A stretch of DNA of 63,327 nt, filler included, from Octopus bimaculoides (GCF_001194135.2; 5 parts of 5 records of this genome joined end to end with filler, not necessarily neighbours in it), one strand, 5' to 3'; counted from the first letter of the whole stretch, positions 51,061 through 63,292 are shown. The notes: generated by a model from the sequence alone, not told the origin. Translations and numbers: made by a program.

Positions 51061-51400
51061 CTTTTATTTGTTTCAGTCATATGGATGCAGCGGTAGTGGA
51101 GCACCGCCTTTAGTCGAGCAAATCGACCCCTTGTAAGTCTATCGGTCTCTTTTGCCGAACCGCTAAGTTACGAGCACGTAAACACACCAGTATCGGTTGT
51201 CAAGCGATGTTGAGGGACAAACACAGATACACAAACACACACATATATATACGACGGGCTTCTTTCAGTTTCCGTCTACCAAATCCACTCACAAAGCTTT
51301 AGTCGGCACGAGGCTATAGTAGAAGACACTTGCCCAAGGTGCCACGCAGGGCGACTGAACCCAGAACCATGTGGTTGGTAAGCAAACCACTTACTATACA
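51061..51400 (-). mobile_element. SINE (CORE-like family)
   Basis: Reverse complement of 17200-17570. Confidence 0.9.
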
Positions 51401-52285
51401 TGTTTTCTGTACTCTGGTTATTATTATTTTCTTGCAATGTCCTGTACCCAGATATGCACCTATATATACAGGTAGACGTAGGTATGCACATACATGTACG
51501 TATATATGCATATTCTCATTTATTATTGTTTTACATGATCGAACGCCTGCGTCATCCCAGTTGTAAGTAATTTTCAACTTTATATTTTTTGACGCGACTC
51601 TATCTCTTTCTCTATCATTTTTCCCCTTCTCGTTCTTCCTCTGTTACTACTACGTATCTCTCTTTACCCCTCTCGTTCTTCCTCTGTTACTACTATATCT
51701 CTCTCTTTCCCCTCTCTTTCTTCCTTCTGTTACTACTATTTCCTCTTTTTCTTTCGTTGCTCACCTATTCTTCTACTTCCTCCCTTTGTTTCTCCCTCTA
51801 CCACTCTCTCTCTCTCACCCTTACCCATGCTTGGTCACATGCTTCCGGTCACTAATCCTTTTCTTCCTTGGCTATCGCCGAGCAAACACGCGAACTTACT
51901 TCGTCCCGTCTTTTTCAGTTCGTGCCTCACTGCGTTCATATACACATAATTTTTCCCGTCTGGCCGCACAGCCTTTTCCGTTTGTTTTCCTGTCTTGTTT
52001 TTGGTCCGCCATTACATTCCTCCATGGCACAGGTTTAATTTGTGTATACAAATTTAATTTGCGGTCCATGGGAAGAGCCGTTTTAACGATGCGTCCTGCC
52101 CAACTCTTCGAAACGCCGGTGTTAAAACGGGGGTAGCTGATGAAGGAAAATGTTCTCTATGTGGCTTGTGTGTTTTCTGTACTCTGGTTATTATTTTCTT
52201 GCAATGTCCTGTACCCAGATATGCACCTATATATACAGGTAGACGTAGGTATGCACATACCTGTACGTATATATGCATATACTCA
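51401..52285 (+). mobile_element. Non-autonomous Penelope-like-related element with ~110-bp direct terminal repeats
   Basis: tgttttctgtactctggttatt...gtatatatgcatat occurs at 51401-51512 and 52171-52285, around a pyrimidine-rich core. Confidence 0.6.
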
Positions 52286-52328
52286 TTTATTAGTGTTATA
52301 TATATATATATATGATAGATATTGTTTT

Positions 52329-52390
<62 letters not shown>

Positions 52391-52398
52391 GCACATAT

Positions 52399-52665
52399 CT
52401 TTTATGTTTCTGTCATTTGACTGTGGCCATGTTAGAAATTTTGTCAGATGAATCGACCCAAGTCGGTCTCTTTTTGTCAAACCGATACGTTACGGGGGCG
52501 CAAACACACCAAAACCGGTTGTCAAACGGTGGTGGTGGACAAACACAGAGACACACATATCTATGCGACGGGCTTCTTTCAGTTTCCGTCTACCAAATCC
52601 ACTCATAATGCTTTGGTCAGCCTGTTGCTATTGTAGAAGACACTTGCTCAAGGTGCCACACAGCC
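52399..52665 (-). mobile_element. SINE (CORE-like family) after (GATA)n
   Basis: gacgggcttctttcagtttccgtctaccaaatccactca...agaagacacttgctcaaggtgccac. Confidence 0.85.
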
Positions 52666-52759
52666 ACATCTGTACTAATATATGTAATTTATTGATGCTG
52701 GTCAAGTGACCTGCTTCTCTGGACAATACAAATAGCTGGAAAGAGGAATTATGTGGTGG

Positions 52760-53010
52760 CTAATTCAAACTGAGGATATTGCATGGTTATGGAAACCTAA
52801 AATGAGAAACTGGATTGCTGGTTATAGCAGCTCAGGAACAAACTTGATAACAACAAAAACTGGTAACTCCCAATCAGAGGGCAAATGCTGAATGTATGAA
52901 AAAGGGGATGCAAATATTAACCACTTCTTCAGTGAGCATAGTAAGCTAGCACAAAAATGAATATATACATTAAGACTTGACAGAGTGCACTGGAATGTTA
53001 ATCCAAGTTT
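52760..53010 (+). mobile_element. Old R4/Dong fragment
   Basis: Decayed LVIAAQEQT...NINHFFSEHSKLAQK..RLDRVHW motifs. Confidence 0.55.
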
Positions 53011-53294
53011 GTGAGGTACAAGACGCTAACTGCTACCTAAGAAGCTGAAAGATATTGGGAGTTGAGATACATATTATTGATATGTGCCAAAATTGCCATC
53101 CTGAGGGGAGATAATTCTCTGCCTTCTACAGTAAGATTCTTGAAATGAGGAGACCTGCTATCACCTAACTGCAGGATAACATCCCAGTTAATTAAATCAC
53201 CAAATTATAAGGTTTCCCTCGTAAACATCGTCATATATATAATAATTAATGGGAGTAACTATTACTAATTCATTAAGTGAAACACACAAACACA

Positions 53295-53370
53295 CGCATA
53301 TATATATATATATACATATATTAATATATTGTATATATTATATATATATACAATATATATTACATATATA

Positions 53371-53418
<48 letters not shown>

Positions 53419-53615
53419 ATATATTACATGTATATGCATATATATATATATATATACATATATATATACATACACATATATATACATGCATATATATATA
53501 CATATATATGCATACATATACATACACACACATATATATACATATATATATACATATTACATATATATACATACATATTACATATGCATGCATATATATA
53601 TATACATATACATAT
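53295..53615. repeat. (TA)n/(TACA)n microsatellite
   Basis: Read directly from the sequence. Confidence 0.95.
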
Positions 53616-55209
53616 TATGGTAAGTGGAATGGTCGACTATTAGGTTCTAAGATCACAGCTAAGGCTGGATCTAGGGATACGTGTTAGGGCTCTGTTATAG
53701 CATGTATATATATTAGAGGGAAAATCCAAACCAAGGCAAAACGAGTATCTCAAGTTTTTTTTTTTTTTTTCTCATCTTTCTCCAAAATCCATTTATGTCC
53801 ATCATACTTTCTCGCTCTGTATACACATTTACGATATGAATACATCATTCAGAACATTGCCAAATATTGCCTGGGATTTTAACTTATTAAACTATTCTAA
53901 ATGACTTGAGAAACTCGTTCTGCTTTGGTTTTGATTTTTACTGTGTGATGTATATGTATGTTGTGATTGGATGGACGGACTGATTGATACTCGGCAGGCC
54001 AAAGATACCTTTGTCATTTGACTGAAGTGTTTGGCGTTAGGAAAAGGGTTATTATATAGATCCATACTAATAACCGAAATGACTCCGACCGTAACGATCC
54101 TGCAAACCCATGCAGACATAGAAGGCAAGCGTGAGATGATACGATATGTATATCTTTACAATACAAAAAAAATGTGGCCGCTAGCGTTTCCGAATCTCAC
54201 CCTATCAAAAATCTTTGCTCCATCGTTAAACGAGGCAAAAACTGGGTATTGGGATATCACTACCTTCTACGTATATCTTAGTACTGGGATGTTTCATCTG
54301 AGGACGCACTCCAGTATGTTCCGAGTGTTGGATCACTCGATCCAAGGATCGCCATACTTCCATCTATTTTCTCATGTGTCGCATGAAAATTAAATCTCAT
54401 TTTGACGAGTTAACATTATAAATAAGAAATGAAATACCTGTAGAAGGCAGAGGATTATCTCCCCTCAGTTTATTTCTTAACTCACGTACTACAGCATATA
54501 TTGACATGTAATGCTACGATGACTGCGTATACCGTTAACGGTAGTAAATTATAGATAAGTTTCATAGTCCAAACATTATATGTAACACAACCAAATAAGC
54601 TGGGTAGCTCGTAAATATTCCAACCTAAGAGTCAAACTGAAGCTTTGAACTTCGATAAGGAAATTATGTGTATATATATAAATACATTTAAACACGTACG
54701 TTTGATATGTTAAGTTAATAAAAAACTAACTTGCACACTGGCCTTTACACCTTCAAGACAGCCAACACCTGCAGGGAAAATATAAACAGAAAATTCCAAA
54801 GGAACGATGTTCTAGAAAAGGAAGAGACATAAGAACAAGGTTTTAAGAACTTCGATGCAAGAGTGATGAGAAGGGTAGACAAGTGCTTCGGGAATGGAGG
54901 TGGTATGCACCGATGGTGCGGAGGCTGCTATGAGGCAGATGAAGCAGCACGCCTATGGGGCAGAGGCTGACGTTGCAATGATTGAGTGGCCTTTTTTTTA
55001 AAAAAAACATGTTAGAGTGTCTGTGCAGCACCGTCGCCATTTGAGAGAAATGCTAGACCGAAGCCTTTTCGGTATCAGTAATTGCTGGGGACCGATGAAA
55101 AGGCTGGCCACTGGGATGCGGTGCCAGTGCAATGAAGTAGGTGCATGGATGCATGATCAGTAAAGGTAGTGAACCATAAGCATACATACTAATTACCCCA
55201 CCACACGCC

Positions 55210-55245
55210 GTGTTGACTAGCTACTTCTTAGTAGCTAGTCAACGC
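55210..55245. other. Strong DNA/RNA hairpin: 14-bp perfect stem, 4-nt loop
   Basis: gttgactagctact-tctt-agtagctagtcaac (55212-55243), extendable by a G-U and a G-C pair. Confidence 0.9.
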
Positions 55246-55976
55246 TTGGCCAAGTGTCGCTCAATGTTCGCTACAGGCTAACTCGGATCCTTGACATGCC
55301 ATATCGGAGCAGCTAGCTGGTTGAGTCGACACGAATTTTGGGAATTACTTCGGTTCCGCTGTATTACTTCAATAACATACAAGGCTAGATCCATAAATAC
55401 AGAAAACTGGACTTGAATTACAAACGTGTCAATTTCCCCGTTCAGCCAACTCACGCAGTTGGCTCCCTTACACCATTAAGATTGGCGGCTTCGCAAACAA
55501 TGTAAAAATAGATACATAGCTGCCAAAGAATAATTAAAACATTGATAAAGTGCTCTGAAAATAAAAATTGGTCTGCAAGAAAATAAATTGGAATTTGCAA
55601 AATTCTGAAAACTGAAAACCACAATGCAATAAGTTTTGTACAGCATGCAAAAGTTTAAAAAAAGACAAAAGCTTATTTAATTTATATGAATTTTTATATC
55701 TTTTAAAACGAATATTCGAAGAGTGATTTGATTTGAAAAGTTCAGAAGCTGAACTAAGAGAATTATTCAAACATTTGATTAATGACAAATGAATATATAC
55801 AGATGAAAATGTTAAAAAGTTCATGATGGGGTAGAAAAGTCAGAGGCGATAGTGAAATGGTGCATGATGAATGTGTTCAAGTATTAAATGACAAGAATCA
55901 TTTTATACAATTAGATATTTACAAGTCTTGTAATAAATAGCTTTGAGTTTTTTTTAATATTCTTTGTAAAGTTCAT

Positions 55977-56546
55977 TTACTTTTTCTTGGCTGCGGCCTT
56001 CTTCACAGGCTTCTTCTTGGCAGGTTTGGCGGTTTTCTTAACAGCGGGTTTCTTGACACTCGGCTTCTTAACTTTCTTTGGACTTTTAGCTTTCGTGGCT
56101 GCTTTCTTAGCTACCTTCTTTGCTGGTTTCTTTGCTTTCTTGGCGCCACTTTTCTTAGCAACTGTCTTAGCTTTCTTCGCTTTTGGTTTAGCGGATACCG
56201 GCTTCTTTTTCTTTTTAGCTTCTTCTTTTTTACCAGGAGCAACTTTAAATGAACCAGAAGCTCCAGTTCCTTTCAGCTGTCTCAGAACATTGTTAGTGAC
56301 ACCTCTCTTAATCGCCAATTTAATTTGTTTCAAGATGACATTATCTTGGATAGATATATTGTAGTTGGCACCAACGTATTTGACGATCGCCTGGCGAGAG
56401 ATACCCTTTCTTTCTCCGCTCTTCACAATGGCTTCCTTAATCATATCAATGTAGGGAGGATGGCTCGAAGCTTTCTTCGCCTTCTTTGCTTTCTTGGCTT
56501 TGGGAGCAGCAGGAGCGGGTGCGGCGGGTGCAGCGGCGTCAGACAT
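55977..56546 (-). CDS. H1: Linker histone H1, H5/H1.0 (H1-delta)-like, 189 aa, intronless
   Basis: Ala/Pro/Lys N-tail; globular domain HPPYIDMIKEAI..SRQAIVKYV..QIKLAIKRGV..KGTGASGSFKVA; Lys/Ala/Pro-rich C-tail with an SPKK motif. Confidence 0.97.
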   Translation of the reverse strand: MSDAAAPAAPAPAAPKAKKAKKAKKASSHPPYIDMIKEAIVKSGERKGISRQAIVKYVGANYNISIQDNVILKQIKLAIKRGVTNNVLRQLKGTGASGSFKVAPGKKEEAKKKKKPVSAKPKAKKAKTVAKKSGAKKAKKPAKKVAKKAATKAKSPKKVKKPSVKKPAVKKTAKPAKKKPVKKAAAKKK

Positions 56547-56691
56547 GATTGATCAGTTAATTGATGTAAAGAAATAAAAATGCTTCGGTGAGGACCAGAA
56601 TTCGGGTTACGAAGACAGCTGGCAAGTTTGCAATGCAAGAACAAACGTCAAGCGATCGACACAAGTTTGGCAGTTCTTCGCGTTAAACGCT

Positions 56692-56816
56692 TATTTATAC
56701 ATTACGCGCGGACGTAGTAGTAATCACATCAACAGTGCGACCACCAACTACAAATATGGCAGCCGAAATACAACAACTGTGTTTTTTGTCTATATGTTTC
56801 TGGTGTAAACTATTGG
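56692..56816 (-). promoter_or_regulatory. Histone H1 core promoter
   Basis: TATAAATA at 56692-56699, H1 box AAACACA at 56778-56784 about 80 bp upstream of it, and CCAAT at ~56812-56816 (all minus strand). Confidence 0.75.
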
Positions 56817-58049
56817 AACTTTTTAACAAAACCTAACCAATTCACTGATTACCTAAAGAAAAGACATATGGCTACATTTTACCGTAGAAATTCTGTTTCA
56901 GAGACACTTCTGGCATGTAATATTACCATAAATATGTTGTGTTGTCTACTCCGAAAAATCAGGGTAGGCTACAATCAAGACTAAATTTTAAGCATTATAT
57001 TTGTTTGTTCAATTTTTTCTAAGTTGAAATTTTAAAGAATAGTAATATCTAGTATATTTTTTTATAAAATTATTCTCTTAAATGGCAATGCAAGTCAGAT
57101 ACGAGGGGTCTGATTGCCCCAACAAACACAATTTTTAGATACCGATCCGCCATTTTCTCTTCTAACAGTTTTGAGTCGATAAAAATATTGTCTTAATATT
57201 TTGCTAAAAACATCATTTTTGGCCTTAAATAATGATACAGTTGTATTTTTGATGACTTTTCTTATGTAAATGGTTAAATAAAGTTATTATTGTGTACCTT
57301 TAGTCAGTTTTAATGACCAGAAATCTGGCCTGTACCTCACATGCACTACTCACAACACAGGACATAGATGTTAGCAGTTAGGTTCAAATATGCTACAATA
57401 TTTTTCTGTTATAATTTAATAAAATGTTTCAAAATATATAATCATGATAGAAAAGAATTTTTTATGTATGCCTTTGTATTTGCTTTAATATGTCATTTCA
57501 TGACATATTTCTTTTTAGATTTACAGTGAAAGCAATGTTTTCATCATTTATTTGGTATTTTTGCGACTGAAGAGAGACGAAACTCCGTTTTCATCATGGT
57601 ATCTTCAGAGTCTTCTATCATTAAAACCACTATTTTTTTCAAATGATTTTCCGAATCAAATACATTATCAGAAAACTATTTTCATATATATTATTCCCCA
57701 ATGTAATAACAGATTGTAATAGAACCCAAGTCAGCGTTTAAATTATTATTTACAAGACTAATTAACTAACCAAAGAAATTGAGTTCTCCAAGCGTTGTTT
57801 ATGTCATTTTTACAAAGATATCTACTACTCTATGTTTTGCTTAAATTTCCATCTCTGGATCCAATGATATTTCTTTATACCTGTACATAAAACTTTCTAA
57901 GAGAACAAAAGTAAATTNNNNNNNNNNNNNNNNNNNNNNNNNNNNNNNNNNNNTATATATATATATATGCATACAAACAGATAGATAGACAGACAGATAT
58001 GCATACATAAAAATAAATATATGCATATAAATATATATATACATATATA

Positions 58050-58264
58050 CTTTTTACTCTTGTTTCAGTCATTTGACTGTGGCTATGTTGGAGCACCACC
58101 TTAAGTCGAGCAAATCGACCCCAGGACATATTCTTTGGAAGCCTAGTACTTATTCTATCGGTCTCTTTTGCCGAGCCGCTAAGTTACGGGGACGTACACA
58201 CACCAGCATCGGTTGTCAAGCGATGTTGGGGGTGGGGGGAAGAAACACAGACAGACAAACATAT

Positions 58265-58295
<31 letters not shown>

Positions 58296-58459
58296 CATAT
58301 ACGACGGGCTTCATTCAGTTTCCGTCTACCAAATTCATTCACAAGGCTTTGGTCGGCCCAAGGTTATAGTAGAAGACACTTGCCCAAGGCGCCACGCAGT
58401 GGGACTGAACCTGGAACCTTGTGGCTGGTAAGCAAGCAACTTACCACACAGCCACTCCT
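58050..58459 (-). mobile_element. Full-length SINE (CORE-like family)
   Basis: Reverse complement aligns end to end with 17185-17579. Confidence 0.9.
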
Positions 58460-58572
58460 ACTCCTATATATANNNNNNNNNNNNNNNNNNNNNNNNNNNN
58501 NNNNNNNNNNNNNNNNTTAATTAATTAANNNNNNNNNNNNNNNNNNNNNNNNNNNNNNNNNNNNNNNNNNNN

Positions 58573-59990
58573 ACCAAATGGAATAACAAACCATAAATTA
58601 TCCTCATTTTTGGTATTATAACTATTACAACTATTCCTAAAAAAATTTACTCTACCTTTGTTAGGGTTGGATACATGACAAGGGTATTGTGGTTTACCTT
58701 TATTCTTTCTTACGATGTTAATATTATTATTATTAGTGTTATTATTAATATTGCTACAATTTTCACCTGCATTAAGGGAATCAGAATCTGGTATAATATA
58801 GTATATCTTATCTTTATAACCTGCTTTAGATAAGGCAGAGTTATAGAATTTTGTCTCATTTTAGAAAACATAGGCATTTGCCGATAGGTTAGATAATTTT
58901 AGTGATATATTCTGAACCAAATTATCGGTTATTGATTTGGAGTGATTACTAAACTTACTGATGTATTTAAGGTTAGTAGAAGGCTTATGATATGGTCTAT
59001 ATGTTTTATTATGCAGGTCCAATGTTACATCTAAAAAATTAGCTAAAGATGTATCATCTTCAAAAATTATACGCATTCCCATTCGACAAAAAAAATCTAG
59101 CTAATCTGTTCTTAACCCTTTGTACTTGTTGTTTAGAGCTATTTCTAAGATATAAGAGACAATCATCTCTATATAGACCCCTCCCCTAATGTTTGCGAAT
59201 TGATCTTCCATTTCATAAGGTATGAAGGAACATACAATGTCAGCTATCTGTGCTGAATCAGAACTCCCCATAGGGACATCAAATGCATCCGGGGTATCTT
59301 TACGAATCCAAATTTTATTATTGAACTTAATAAATGATTTTCTAGCAGCTAATATAACATTAATCTCATCTCTTGTAAGTCCCGCCTTATTACGTGCAAA
59401 CCACAATGCTTTGTTAAGTATGATAGGATTAATTGATGAATAAAAATTAGCAATATCAAATTGAATAAATTTCACATTTTCCTTATCGTTAATCAACTTA
59501 AACCATTCTACGACTTGTGTAGAATTAGACCATAAATAAAGTTTTAATTTCCTTACTATTGTAGGGATATATTTATCTAATATATTCTTACTAAGTATCC
59601 CTATATCCGACTTAGTCGGGCAAATGAGTCTTAAGGAAGGATCAGTCCAAAAATTACTCTTGTGATCTTTAAGGATAAAACGCGGTTCCTTAGGTACTAG
59701 AGGTTCAGTTCTGTTCAATAGGTTGAAGTTATTCATTAACTTTTTAGCTTCAAGATTTGCTTTTCTGAGTATGTTCTTATTTGTTATTTTGTAGATTTTC
59801 TCTATTTCTTTTGTTTATGTACATGTAATTTAAGGACAACTATTAATGTTGTCTGTTTTTTACTGTCTGCTATGAATTAATCAAGTCTGACCCTGAGGAG
59901 ATACAATATTCCATATTTTACAACATACAGGAGTGAGTCGGGATATTGCATTGAAATGATCATAGGTCATTAAAAAGTTTTTACAATGGA
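58573..59990 (-). mobile_element. Penelope-like element reverse transcriptase, frameshifted (Naiad/Neptune-type signature)
   Basis: LRLICPTKSDIG; FIQFDIANFYSSI; ARKSFIKFNNKIWIRK..FDVPMGSSDSAQIADIV; NFLDVTLDL..YRPYHKP..SNH; WFVIPF at the gap edge. The endonuclease would lie in the gap. Confidence 0.85.
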
Positions 59991-60060
59991 TGGCGTTTTG
60001 GCTCTTATTTAAATTGATATATATATATATATATATATANNNNNNNNNNNNNNNNNNNNN

Positions 60061-61376
60061 ATGTTATTATATATATATGTATATATATGTATATATAATA
60101 ACATAAATAATATATAAATACATGCATATATCCATATATATATGTTCATACCTACATCTATGTATGGATATATGCATATATTTATATATTATTTATGTTA
60201 TTATATATATATGTATATATATGTATATATAATAACATAAATAATATATAAATATATGCATATATCCATACATATATGTTCATACCTACATCTATATGTA
60301 TACATACATGCATATATGGGTACAGAACATCACAAAAAACGTTAAACACAATGAGAAACGAAAACATAAAGACGTAGTCAGAAAACGAATTTTTTTTTCG
60401 AACAACGAAAAAAACAAACAGAGAAATGAGACATGCAACATAAAGAATATTTCCCTTCTTCAGTTGTCCCTGTTCCATCTACTCCTCATTTCGAAGGCAA
60501 GGACAATACACGACTTCGTTTGAACAGTCCTTCCCGCAAAGCAAATTAAATAAAATTTGGAATTTTTTGCAGAGAGTGAAAGTGTAAACAAGGACAGGAC
60601 AGTGAGAACAAGACAGTAAAAGACAGTAAAAACAAGACAGAACAGTGAAAACAAACGGTAAGGGCAGTTAAGCTAAAACGATAGAAAAATTATTTTGAAC
60701 GCTAGTTAGATGTGAATGAGAGACAAAAAAATCACATAGATGTTTTTGAATACACTCTCATACATACATACGTACAAATACACATACATGCAGATACCTG
60801 TCAGTCTCTTCCAAATACGATCGATAGTCAAACATTTATTCCTTACAAACTGAATTTTTTTAATATCTTTCTTAAAACGCATTTACTTACTACCATAGGA
60901 AGGCAGGAAATAGAAAGAAAGAATCCCTTTCGTCACGTGTCAGCGACTAGAGGGTCAAGTGAGAGAGAGGGAAAGGTGAAAGGAAGAGAAGAATAGGGAA
61001 GGGTTGGGAGAGAAAAACAGAAAGGATGAAGAACAAGAGAGGGAGAGAGATAGACAGGTTAGTGATAGTAGTAGAGTGCGTAGTAGTAATCATTAAGATA
61101 AAACTTACTTGGAGACAGATGTGTGGCATTCAATCATATAATAACATACATAATATATAAATATATGCATATATCCATACATATATGTACATACCTACAT
61201 CTATATGTATACATACATGCATATATGGGTACAGGACATCACAAAAAACGTTAAACACATCTTCATCTTCGTTTTATGATTTTGTTTCTCATCGTGTTTA
61301 GTGTTTTTTGTGATGTCCTGTACCCGTATATGCATGCATGTATACATATAAATGTAGGTATGTACATATATGTATG
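60061..61376 (-). mobile_element. Penelope-like-related repeat with direct and inverted pLTR-like blocks
   Basis: 60230-60348 is repeated directly at 61141-61259 and partly at 60100-60180. 61290-61376 is inverted relative to 61170-61258. Confidence 0.65.
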
Positions 61377-61477
61377 NNNNNNNNNNNNNNNNNNNNNNNN
61401 NNNNNNNNNNNNNNNNNNNNTTAATTAATTAANNNNNNNNNNNNNNNNNNNNNNNNNNNNNNNNNNNNNNNNNNNNC

Positions 61478-62460
61478 CTCTCCTACATTGGACACTAAAC
61501 TCTGTACTGGCACCCATGCCAACCTCCCCTTCATTGGACAAACTCTGCACTGGCGCCCATGTCAACCTCTCCTTCATTGGACAAACTCTGTACTTTCACT
61601 CATGCCAACCTCTCCTTCATTGGACACTAAACTCTGTTTGCGGAGACCTGTTGAGGGCAAGTAAAATCGAACTAAATTCGATGACTGGCACCCATGCCAA
61701 CCTCTCCTTCATTGGACACTAAACTGTGTACTGGCACCCATGCCAACCTCTCCTACATTGGACATAAACTCTGTACTGGCACTCATGCCAACCTCTCCTT
61801 CATTGGACATTAAACTCTGCACTGGCACCACTGTCAACCTCTCCTTCATTGGACAAACTCTGTACTGGCACCCATGCCAACCTCTCCTTCATTGGACACT
61901 AAACTCTGCTTGCGAAGACCTGTTGAGGGCAAGTAAAATCGAACTATATTCGATGACTGGCACCCATGCCAATTTCTCCTTCATTGGACACTAAACTCTG
62001 CTTGCGAAGACCTGTTGAGGGCAAGTGAAATCGAAACCGTAATTGAACCAAATTCGATGACTGGCACCCATGCCAACCTCTCCTTCATTGGACGCTAAAC
62101 TCTGCTTGTGAAGACCTGTTGGGGCACGTGAAATCACCCTAGTGGTTGAGGGTACCTGTGGGAGAGGTAGACCCAGGATGACCTGGGATGAGGTGAAGAA
62201 GCACAACCTTCGAACATTAGGCCTCACCAAGGCAATGACTAGTGACCGGGACCTTTGGAAATATGCTGTGCGTGAGAAGACCCGGCAAGCCAAGTGAGAC
62301 CTAAATCCAATGCCTCTGCCAGAAGTGTATCCAGCTCACTCATTCGTATCTTTACTTCATTGGACACTAAACTCTGCTTGCGAAGACCTGTTGAGGCAAG
62401 GGAAATCGAAATAGTAATTGAACCATATTCGATGACTGGCACCTGTGCCAGTGGAGCACT
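61478..62460 (+). repeat. Minisatellite of ~45-bp units with periodic longer units, derived from an RTE 3' UTR
   Basis: Unit tggcacccatgccaacctctccttcattggacactaaactctgtac, alternating with ttgcgaagacctgttgagggcaagtaaaatcgaa...ttcgatgac. Confidence 0.9.
62139..62297 (+). mobile_element. RTE-clade LINE ORF C-terminus embedded in the minisatellite
   Basis: LVVEGTCGRGRPRMTWDEVKKHNLRTLGLTKAMTSDRDLWKYAVREKTRQAK* matches the RTE GRP-x-x-TW...DR-x-x-W end motif. Confidence 0.85.
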
Positions 62461-62617
62461 AATAGCACCGTCAGAGCGTGATCATTGCCAGAGCAGCTGT
62501 CTGGCTTAATTTCATGTACTAATTACTTCAGTCCACTGGAGGAATAAAAGCAAAATGCGGTATTATCACCTCTTGACTGAAACAGCTGTAAGGTATTATC
62601 CCAATTTCTATTGGTCT

Positions 62618-62975
62618 CATCATCATCATCATCGTCGTTTAACGTCCGTTTTCCATGCTAGCATGAGTTGGACGATTTGACTGAGGACTGGTGAAACCAG
62701 ATGGCTCCAATCTGATTTGGCAGAGTTTCTACAGCTGGATGCCCTTCCTAACGCCAACCACTTCGAGAGTGTAGTGGGTGCTTTTACATGCCACCAGCAC
62801 GAAGGCCAGTCAGGCGGTACTGGCAACGGCCACGCTCAAAATGGTGTATTTTATGTGTCACCCGCACAAGAGCCAGTCCAGGGGCACTGGCAACGATCTC
62901 GCACGAAAGTCCTTACACATGCCGCGGGCACAAGTGTCAGAAAGGCGACGATGGGCGCAGGTGTCTTCACGATTT
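62618..62975 (-). mobile_element. RTE-related SINE/LINE 3' end with (GAT)n tail
   Basis: (CAT)n start; ggatgcccttcctaacgccaacc is the reverse complement of a ggttggcgttaggaagggcatcc motif typical of RTE-associated SINE domains. Confidence 0.65.
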
Positions 62976-63042
62976 CGCTTTCGCTTGCCCCAATTTTATA
63001 TATTATATATGTAAGGCATAACATGTCACATATATATGTATA

Positions 63043-63292
63043 TTGTGGAGGCGCGTGGCTTAATGGTTAGCGTGTCAGCATCATGATCGTTAGATTGTGG
63101 TTTCGATTACTGGAACAGGCGATGCGTTGTGTTCTTGAGCAAAACACTTTATTTCACGTTGCACCAGTCCACTCAACCGGCAAAAATGAATAACGCTGCG
63201 ATGGACTGGCGTCCCGTCCACCTGGGGGAACACATACGCCATTGAAACCGGGAGACCGGGCCCATGACCCTGGCTACGCTTTAAAAGGGCGC

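Noticed and set aside
54130-54390. GAKIFDRV resembling the RT motif KAFDRV
   Set aside because: Neighbouring RT motifs (QG, YADD) are not seen and the frame has several stops.
54885-55045. VCTDGAEAAM resembling the hAT TDGA motif
   Set aside because: An isolated short match; the downstream HC-x-x-H motif is absent.
55545-55570. gctctgaaaa as a possible histone 3' stem-loop half
   Set aside because: The complementary arm is absent, so no 6-bp stem can form.
55987-56552. Plus-strand ORFs of 125 aa and 75 aa over the histone gene
   Set aside because: Antisense shadows of the Lys/Ala-rich H1 codons.
57560-57600. CTGAAGA-gagac-GAAAC-tcc-GTT hammerhead-like core
   Set aside because: Helix I can form only about 2 bp and there is no repeat context.
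61478-62460. Repeat-spacer appearance resembling a CRISPR array
   Set aside because: The units are contiguous and the intervening pieces are themselves repeated. The context is eukaryotic with no cas genes, and the array is tied to an RTE end.
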